This document shows, piece after piece, positions 8,052 through 14,814 of a stretch of 14,814 nucleotides of DNA. The notes under the pieces were generated by a model. That model did no database searches and had not been told where the DNA came from. It saw only the letters and a program-made list of their open reading frames with translations. Source of the DNA: Octopus sinensis (lineage: Eukaryota); the NCBI RefSeq assembly GCF_006345805.1, contig NW_021825735.1, positions 1 through 14,814 of the forward strand, in the 5' to 3' direction. The position numbers and the translations under genes are program-made. How positions within the stretch are numbered: the first letter of the stretch is position 1; each line of letters begins with the position of its first letter.

Positions 8052-8273
8052 TATAATATATATATAAATATATTCTTATGACTTATATGTATTGAATTAT
8101 AATGTATTATGTATGGGATTAAGGTTCTCGTTTTTGTTAAAAATAAATAAGTAAGTCAATTCTAATATCCTAAAGCTGATGAAGCAACCTAAATTGTTCT
8201 CCATTTTCTTATTTGTATTATATATATACGACGGGCTTCTTTCAGTTTCCGTCTACCAAATCCGCTCATCAAG
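7772..8273 (-). mobile_element. SINE family A, 5'-truncated and split by an expanded (TA)n/AT-rich insert
   Basis: The 3' half at 7772-7965 and a middle piece at 8228-8273 (ACGACGGGCTTCTTTCAGTTTCCGTCTACCAAATCC) are collinear with 5694-6097. Confidence 0.75.
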
Positions 8274-8274
8274 C

Positions 8275-8412
8275 GGAGAGAGAGAGAGAGACAGAGAGAC
8301 AGAGACAGACAGACAGACAGACTCATGGCCAGACAAACTGGTGGATAGATAGACAGACAAACAGACAGGCAAACAGACAGATAGGCAGACAGACAGACAG
8401 ACTGACAGATAG

Positions 8413-8484
<72 letters not shown>

Positions 8485-8508
8485 GATAGATAGATAGATA
8501 GATAGATA
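8275..8508. repeat. (GA)n/(GACA)n/(TA)n/(GATA)n compound microsatellite
   Basis: Visible. Confidence 0.95.
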
Positions 8509-8509
8509 T

Positions 8510-8780
8510 GTTTCTTTATTAGCCACACAAGACAGAACACAGACGGGAAAAATTACAAGGTAGAGCTTTTCTGTTTGGGGAGAAAAAAAAGGGGGTAGGT
8601 TTTCGATCAAAAGGGATAGTAGAAAGGAAAGAAAAGAATAAAAGATCAATAGGGATCGTGTATCACAGAAATGTCATGATATAAAGTGTAAAGGGGGAAA
8701 CAGATAAGGTTTATCCGTGGAAAGAAAAGCCTACGGAAAAGACCATCGGTCAATAATGTCACATTTATTGGCAAGTAACT
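8510..8780 (-). mobile_element. Possible LINE 3' end (3' UTR with AATAAA and a tetranucleotide tail)
   Basis: Minus-strand AATAAA at 8515-8520, followed closely by a (TATC)n tail. The class is not confirmable from the window. Confidence 0.4.
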
Positions 8781-9025
8781 CTCTGTTTTTAATTTTTCCG
8801 GGTTCATAGGATCATACTCAAGGTGGCTTCGTCATTCATACGTGCCATCCTTGCTACATTCACCCATCTTTTTTTTTTTTTAAGATGGCGTTTGCGTGCG
8901 TGCGCGTGTGTTTGAGAGAGAGGGGGAGAGAGAGGGAGAGAAGCTATGAGTGTGGTAGAGGAAGAGGAATGGAGAGGGGGAGTTAATATGAGAAATAATA
9001 ATGTGGATATTATATTTATAGTCTC

Positions 9026-9056
<31 letters not shown>

Positions 9057-9059
<3 letters not shown>

Positions 9060-9280
9060 TTGCGGTCAAAAATTTCAGAACGGCATTGTTTTCGTCAGAA
9101 AAGTAGATATAATTTTTTATCAAAGTTGTTTTATATTCTATAATTTTCATAGACAATAAATACAATATTAATTGTTATTGTCTGAGATTTTGGTGTAATT
9201 TGAGAGGATAATACAAAAGTTATGGATGATTTAGTGATTTACTGCAAAACCCATGGAGACCAAAAGGATCAGAACGGTTG
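9057..9280. repeat. Tc1 terminal inverted repeat (224 bp)
   Basis: Ungapped alignment to the reverse complement of 10459-10682 with 16 mismatches, counted by hand. Confidence 0.95.
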
Positions 9281-9326
9281 AAAAAATAACAAAATAATCA
9301 AAAATGACAGAGAATACTGGAATTAT

Positions 9327-10340
9327 TCAATATTTAGTGTGAAGCCCTTTAGCTTCAATCACACTCTGACATCTTTGACTGCATGAGGAAATTAAATTTT
9401 CAATTTCTTGCTGGGTGATCTTATTCCATTCTTCCTGAAGGGCATTCCATAATTGCTCAGTTGTTTTAGGATTTCTGGCTTTCGAACGTTCTCCTAGAAT
9501 ATTCCATACATTTTCAATAGGATTGAGATCTGGGCTTTGAGCAGGCCAATCCATAACAATAACCTTTTCAGCCTTAAGGAAGTTCATGACCACCTTAGCC
9601 TTGTGACATGGAGCATTTTCCTGCATGAATATGGGTGGTCGCTTAGTTGAATTTCTCAGCACAGGCAAGACATGATCTTTTACAAGTTGTTTATAAACTC
9701 CTGCATTTAACTTTCCATGTAATCGCACCAAAGGGTCCACACCATCTCCAGATATCATCCCCCAAACCATGACACTTTCTCCACCGAATTTAACACTAGT
9801 CTTAAGGCATTTAGGCGACAATTTTTCACCTACTTTTCTACGAACGTACCTTTTCCCATCTGAGCCAAATAACATAAACTTAGATTCATCACTGAAATGC
9901 ACCGTTTGCCATTTTTCTTGAGACCACAACACATGTTTGGTTGCAAAGGTAAGACGACACTTTTTATTCTTGGAGCTGATCAGTGGCTTCACTGCAGGTG
10001 CTCTTGCTCGTAGGTCATGTTCAACTAAACGACGAGACAGTTTTTCGAGATAAAATTTTCTTCAATACAATGCTCATTTTCTGAGAAACAACAGCAGCAC
10101 TTATAAATCTGTCCTTTTTAACCAACTTTACCATAGCACGATCTTCTCTCTTGGTCGTTTTTCTTGGCCTACCTGTAAACTTTCTTGCTTACACGAACCA
10201 CAATCATCGTAGACCTTAAGAATACTGTGTACAACACTTTTTGACTTGTTAACAATCTTTGCAATAGATCCAATACTTAAATTATCCTTCGTTCGAAGCT
10301 TAATAATCTGCTTACGAATTGGTAACGGAGTAAGTGGCAT
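9327..10340 (-). pseudogene. Tc1-family transposase pseudogene (~338 aa if repaired)
   Basis: N-terminal HTH (MPLTPLPIRKQIIKL...SIAKIVNKSKSVVHSIL); GRPRKTT after a frameshift near 10190; a second frameshift near 10035; then FSDESKF, FMQENAPCH (second catalytic D replaced by E, codon 9618-9620) and WPAQSPDLNPIENVW with 34-residue spacing. Confidence 0.93.
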
Positions 10341-10458
10341 TATATTAACAAAGTACACTGCAGATATTCTTACTAATGTTTAGTAAACGAACCGTCACGT
10401 AAACAAATTCAAAACATTAGAGTTCGCCGGTTAAATATACTAAAACACGGAGTAAAAG

Positions 10459-10682
10459 CAACCGTTCTGATCATTTTGGCCGCCATGGGTTTTACAATAA
10501 ATCACTAAATCATCCATAACTTTTGTATTATCCTCTCAGATTACACCAAAATTTCAGGCAATAACAAATAATATCGTATTTATTGTCTGTGAAAATTATA
10601 GAATATAAAACAACTTTGATAAAAAATTATATCTACTTTTCTGACGAAAACAACGCCGTTCTGAACATTTTGGCCGCCACTG
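10459..10682. repeat. Tc1 terminal inverted repeat (224 bp) with internal 24-bp direct repeats
   Basis: CCGTTCTGATCATTTTGGCCGCCA (10462-10485) and CCGTTCTGAACATTTTGGCCGCCA (10656-10679) are 23/24 identical. Confidence 0.95.
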
Positions 10683-10855
10683 TACACATATATATATATA
10701 TATATATATAGTAAATGCTAATATGTATATATGAACATACACACACAGGGATACACAGGAAGGGGACACTTACGCCACAGAAACCGGGAAAACGGGCCCT
10801 ATGAGCCTGGCTAGGCTTGAAAAGGGCGACGTTTTATATATACGTAGAGAGAGAG

Positions 10856-11050
10856 ATATACATACATACATACATACATACATACATACATACATACATA
10901 CATACATACATACATACATACATACATGCTTATATACATATATATATATATATGTACATATATATTTATACATATATATATATATGTGTATGTGTCTATA
11001 TATGTATACACATATCTGTATATATACATATATATTTATGTGTGCGCGTG
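10856..11050. repeat. (TACA)n/(TA)n microsatellite
   Basis: Visible. Confidence 0.95.
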
Positions 11051-11225
11051 TGTGTGGTTTGCGCGCGCATGCACAATTCCGTAGCTTAGGTTTTGGAGTT
11101 TCGGTCCAGTCAATATCTATCTTGATAGCACCATATATGCATACAGTCAGACACACACACTCACACATACGCGCCCACACACACACACACACGCACACAT
11201 ATACACAACAAAAAGCGAGTGAGTA

Positions 11226-11435
11226 ATAGAGAGGGTTTATAGAGAAGAGAAGAGAAGAGAAGAGAAAGACATAACGAGGGTGGAGAAGAGAGAGAGAGAG
11301 AGAAAGACGGACAGGCGGGGAGGAGGACTAGAGGAGAGGAGGGAAGAGAAAGCGTGAGTGGGTGAGAAAAACGAACGAAATAGAGGAGAGAAGACAGAGT
11401 GAGAGTGAGCGAGAGTGAGCGAGAATGTACGAGAG
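11226..11435. repeat. Purine-rich (GA-type) low-complexity tract
   Basis: Almost exclusively A/G on the + strand. Confidence 0.85.
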
Positions 11436-11687
11436 TGAACTAGGTCTCAATGCCTTTGCTAGGATGAATGAAGTCCGCCGGCAAAGACCTGGCAAGAGAG
11501 AGGTTTAAAGCTTACATTGAAATTATGACAGCCGACATTTCAGATACGATTTCTCAGAAATTGTGACATGCTGCAGTACATTGCGCTATCACGAGATGTC
11601 GCTTCTCTAGATATTTCTGGTGACAGACGACCACCGCCGCCACCACAACGAAAACGACGGCGACCAACGACATTGTCGATGTTGTTG

Positions 11688-11688
11688 T

Positions 11689-11736
<48 letters not shown>

Positions 11737-11776
11737 CGACGACGACGACGACTACGACGATGATGATGACGATGAC

Positions 11777-11812
<36 letters not shown>
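11688..11812. repeat. (GAT)n/(GAC)n trinucleotide microsatellite
   Basis: Visible. Confidence 0.95.
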
Positions 11813-11954
11813 AACGATCACAACCGACTACGACCACGTCAACGACTTAACCCTAATCCTAACTCTAACCCAACCGTAAGAACGGCCCCTGCAGCGGGCG
11901 GCGACGGTGGAGGAGTAGTGGCGCTGTTTGTGTTTGTTGTTATTGCCTCTAGTA

Positions 11955-12213
11955 ACTTACCCCCTCCCCTCAAAGTTGCTGGCATTGTGCCTAAATCAGA
12001 AACCATTATATCACATCCCTTTCATGTGGTGGATTGGCAGAATCGTTGGGGCATCGGAAGAAAAGCTTTGGGGTATCTACTCCCGGTTCTTTACGCACTG
12101 AGTTCAAATCACGCCGAAGATAACTTTTCATTTTAATTCTTCAGAGTCGATAAAATAAAATAGTAGTTATGCAGTGGGTTCGAAATTGCTGGCCTTGTGT
12201 CTAATTAAGAAAC
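11955..12213 (+). mobile_element. Diverged SINE family B copy (12026-12213) preceded by a family B 3' tail (11955-12008)
   Basis: TTGGCAGAATCGTT head, GAGTTCAAATC B box, and GCTGGCCTTGTGTCTAA / GCTGGCATTGTGCCTAA tails. Confidence 0.7.
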
Positions 12214-12396
12214 GATTAATAAAGCAGGAGGGCCAGAATTTCAATAATTTGGAGCTCGAAGTGAGGGTGGAAGGGTGAGTGGCATTTCTTAGCTTGAGAA
12301 TGACTGGGTTTAACTGACACTACATTATTTCATAATTAGTACTACATGTGAAATAACTGATAAAAGAAAAATTAAGTTTTATACCGAGCTATTCAT

Positions 12397-12822
12397 AGGC
12401 GCAGGCGGGGCTGTGTGGTAAGTTTGCTTCCCAATCACATGGTTCCTGGTTCAGTTCCACTGCGTGGCACCTTGGGCAAGAGTTTTCTACTATAGCCTCG
12501 GCCCGACCAAAGCCTTGTGAGTGGATTCGTTAGACGGAAACTGAAAGAAACTCGTCGTATGTGTGTGTGTGAAAGGCAAAATCGACCACGGCGGAATTTG
12601 AACCCAGAACGTAACGAAGGACGAAATGCCACTAAGTGTGTGTATGTGTGTGTGTGTGTTTGTCCCCACCACTGCTTGACAATCGGTGTTGGTTTGTTTG
12701 TTTAAGTCCCCATAACTTGTTCCACAAAACAACTATAGAATAAGCACCATGTTGAAATTCGACTAAAAATTCTTAAAGAAAGGCGGTGCCCCAGCATGGC
12801 CGCATGACTGTAACAAGTAAAA
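12397..12822 (+). mobile_element. SINE family A, diverged, containing an inverted family B fragment (12570-12636)
   Basis: Head GCAGGCGGGGCTGTGTGGTAAG, GGTTCAGTTCC B box. An internal GAAAGGCAAAATCGACCACGGCGGAATTTGAACCCAGAACGT matches the minus-strand family B copies. Confidence 0.85.
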
Positions 12823-12983
12823 AAAAATAAACGAAAAAAAGATAAGATTCTGCCAGCCAAACCCCACAAACAATATGAACTGTGGCCTATTTTCAAAGTT
12901 TATTCATTTAGTATATCTATCCTTGTTTATCATGGGGTTTTGGTTCCAAAAAGAAATTCAGCGACAAATTAATCAGTCATAAA

Positions 12984-13150
12984 TTAATCATTTTCTCGCA
13001 CTTTGTAAATGGAACGGATGGTAGATTCATTGACACCGAACACGTGGCACGCAGCAGCCAAGCTTCCACCGTCGCATATTTTTTTAATCATCTCCACCTT
13101 TTTCCTTTAGAGAATACACTCGTCTGCGCAGTTTATTAAGATCAGGCGCC
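12984..13150 (-). pseudogene. pogo/Tigger-like transposase N-terminal HTH (CENP-B N-terminal type) remnant
   Basis: Minus strand reads APDLNKLRRRVYSLKE / (1 extra A) / KVEMIKKICDGGSLAAACHVFGVNESTIRSIYKVREND*. This resembles the Tigger consensus RKxxxLEEKLEIIKxxExGxSxxxxAxxFGVxESTIRxIxKxKE. Confidence 0.65.
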
Positions 13151-13644
13151 TTTGTATTTTTATTTTTGTATTCACTGGTCCCGTGTTGATGAATACGAGT
13201 TCATAATTTTGTGTCAAAAAAAAAAAGTACGCAGCCTCGAAGCACAATCATGTGAACACAGGCTGAGAAGCTGAATATTGTGACTGATCGCTGGGACACG
13301 TTGTTGTGCTCCAAGCAGAATAATCGACTGATCACCAACATGTGTTATCACAGCTCAATCCGTGATAAGCGTAACATAGTTCACAATTGAACAAACAGTG
13401 GTATCCTAAATCCGCAATGAATGAATAAGTGATAAACGAGGCTACGTGTATTAAAACAGGCAACAGAGTGGTTGAGTCGATAGAACATCGGATTGAATCC
13501 TTCGTAGTATTTGTTCTGACGTTCTGGTTTTGATATGCATTTTTTTTTCATCGGTTTTGTGAGGAAAAGACTTTGCTAGATTAATCAATTGACCAATGGA
13601 CCACTGAACTAATTATTTAATTAATTGGTGATACGACTGAAATG

Positions 13645-14112
13645 AAGCCTGGTCAGTTCAAAACATTGGTAAAGATGTTTCTGACGTATGGCTTTGAAAC
13701 CTGGGAAACGACAAAAATGAGACAAATAGAAGCTAGACGTCTTCCAGGCCAGATATCTGAGGCTGATACTTAAGATCACACAACGAATGATGTCGTGCTT
13801 GAGAGAACTGGGATGATGGAGAACATGAGCAGCGAAGTACGGACAAGGTGGAAGTACATTGGCTACCATCTGAGGTTATGATACCAATAATGATTGCATA
13901 ATAGCCATCACTTGAATCTTTGAAGGAAGAAAGAAGTTCAGAAGACCCCCAAAACACCTGGAGAAGAAATGCTGAAAATCAGAGGCCGGCATGTGGAATA
14001 GGAACGTGGAACCAGGTGCAAACCATATTTATTGACAGGGCAGCATGGGAAGAGAGAAAGAGGGGGAAAGAAAGAGAGTGTTGAAGCCTTGTGTGTCACC
14101 TGGCAATTAGTG
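13645..14112 (+). mobile_element. RTE-clade LINE, degraded 3' end of ORF2
   Basis: With frameshifts it reads FKTLVKMFLTYGFETW..KLDVFQARYLRLILKI..TNDVVLERTG..RTRWKYIGYHLRL..EGRKKFRRPP..TWRRNAE..WNQVQTIFIDRAAW..VEALC. This is the typical RTE post-RT motif series (YGxETW, RWxWxGHxxR, GRPxxTW, DRxxW). Confidence 0.85.
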
Positions 14113-14312
14113 AAAAGCTGAAGAAAAAAAAACCTAACCAGTTCGTGGGCTTTTATTGACAGTATGACGCTCCCAAAAACATCAATTTCAGCTCACGATT
14201 TTATATCAAGAATCTTGCAAATAAAATACAAAAGCGAAGACCATGATATCTATCAGCCCTCAGTCAGTCCTGATTCGGGATACAAAAGCATTCCGGCCGT
14301 TACAACACTGTC

Positions 14313-14458
14313 TTGTTGTTGTTGTTGTTGGTGGTGGTTATGGTGGTGGTGTGGTGGTTATGGTGGTGGTGGTTTTGGTGGTGGTGGTTTTGGTGGTGGT
14401 GGTTTTGGTGGTGGTGGTGGTGGTGGTGGTGGTGGTGGTGATTTTGGTTGTGGTGGTG
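14313..14458. repeat. (GTT)n/(GGT)n microsatellite
   Basis: Visible. Confidence 0.95.
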
Positions 14459-14584
14459 CATAACGCGTTTGATCATGGTCGGATTGAGACCCATAGAGAT
14501 CCTAGGAGCTTAAAACATTTTGCTGACCCCATATATATTCGTAATAATAAACAATAATAAACCAATAATAGCCGTAATCGTTCC

Positions 14585-14731
14585 GTGGTTGGATAATAAG
14601 AAGCTTGCTAAACAACCACATGGTTCTGTGTTCAGTTCCACTACGTGGCACTTTGACAAGTGTCTTCTATTATAGCATCGGGCCGACCAAAGCCTTACGA
14701 GTGGCTTTGGTAGACTGAAACTGAAAGAAAC

Positions 14732-14735
<4 letters not shown>
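14585..14735 (+). mobile_element. SINE family A, 5' half
   Basis: AAGAAGCTTGCTAAACAACCACATGGTTCTGTGTTCAGTTCCACTACGTGGCAC...GAAACTGAAAGAAACCCG. Confidence 0.85.
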
Positions 14736-14812
<77 letters not shown>

Positions 14813-14814
14813 TG
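14736..14814. repeat. (GT)n microsatellite to window end
   Basis: Visible. Confidence 0.95.

Larger units (their letters stand above)
9057..10682 (-). mobile_element. Full-length (1626 bp) Tc1-like DD34E DNA transposon, IR/DR type, inactivated
   Basis: Ends CAGT...ACTG, TA on both sides (9055-9056, 10683-10684), 224-bp terminal inverted repeats and an internal transposase pseudogene. Confidence 0.95.

Noticed and set aside
8176-8205. CTGATGAAGCAAC...GTT hammerhead-like start
   Set aside because: No GAAA follows the putative stem II.
10760-10835. GC-rich short segment with an AGCCT/AGGCT hairpin next to the Tc1 end
   Set aside because: It lies outside the TA-bounded element, is single copy and has only a 5-bp stem. 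No function can be supported.
11544-11619. Possible 76-nt internal exon (TTTCAG|ATACGA...TTTCTG|GTGACA; IRFLRNCDMLQYIALSRDVASLDIS)
   Set aside because: Weak polypyrimidine tract and donor, no recognizable protein motif and no partner exons. It would need RNA-seq support.
11848-11875. Telomere-like (CCCTAA) degenerate run
   Set aside because: Only about four imperfect units, which is unremarkable in a low-complexity context.
13466-13530. Possible very old SINE family B head
   Set aside because: Similarity is too weak to support by eye.
14330-14458. G-quadruplex potential of the (GGT)n tract and H-DNA potential of the 11226-11435 purine tract
   Set aside because: These are generic properties of simple repeats that are abundant in this genome, with no evidence of specific function.
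258-14557. Most ORFs in the supplied track (poly-YI, poly-I, poly-M, poly-H, poly-V/G, CV repeats)
   Set aside because: They are translations of microsatellites and SINEs, with no coding signature.

Overview
A repeat-saturated, AT-rich eukaryotic non-genic (intergenic or intronic) window. The microsatellite density and the SINE families look like an octopus/cephalopod genome, which is an inference from pattern recognition. No intact host protein-coding gene is supported, and almost all ORFs in the track are microsatellite or repeat artefacts. The most interesting element is a ~350-bp head-to-tail dimer (3851-4560) in which each unit carries an intact type I hammerhead ribozyme with a palindromic stem III. 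Cleavage is predicted after 4044 and 4392, releasing a 348-nt monomer, which makes this a candidate non-LTR retrozyme / circular-RNA-producing element. The window also holds a full-length but inactivated Tc1-like DD34E transposon with 224-bp IR/DR ends (9057-10682). There are Penelope-like remnants, including a GIY-YIG fragment, inside a nested inverted-repeat region (1-2439). Other features are a pogo/Tigger HTH remnant, an RTE LINE 3' fragment, many copies of two tRNA-derived SINE families and many simple repeats.
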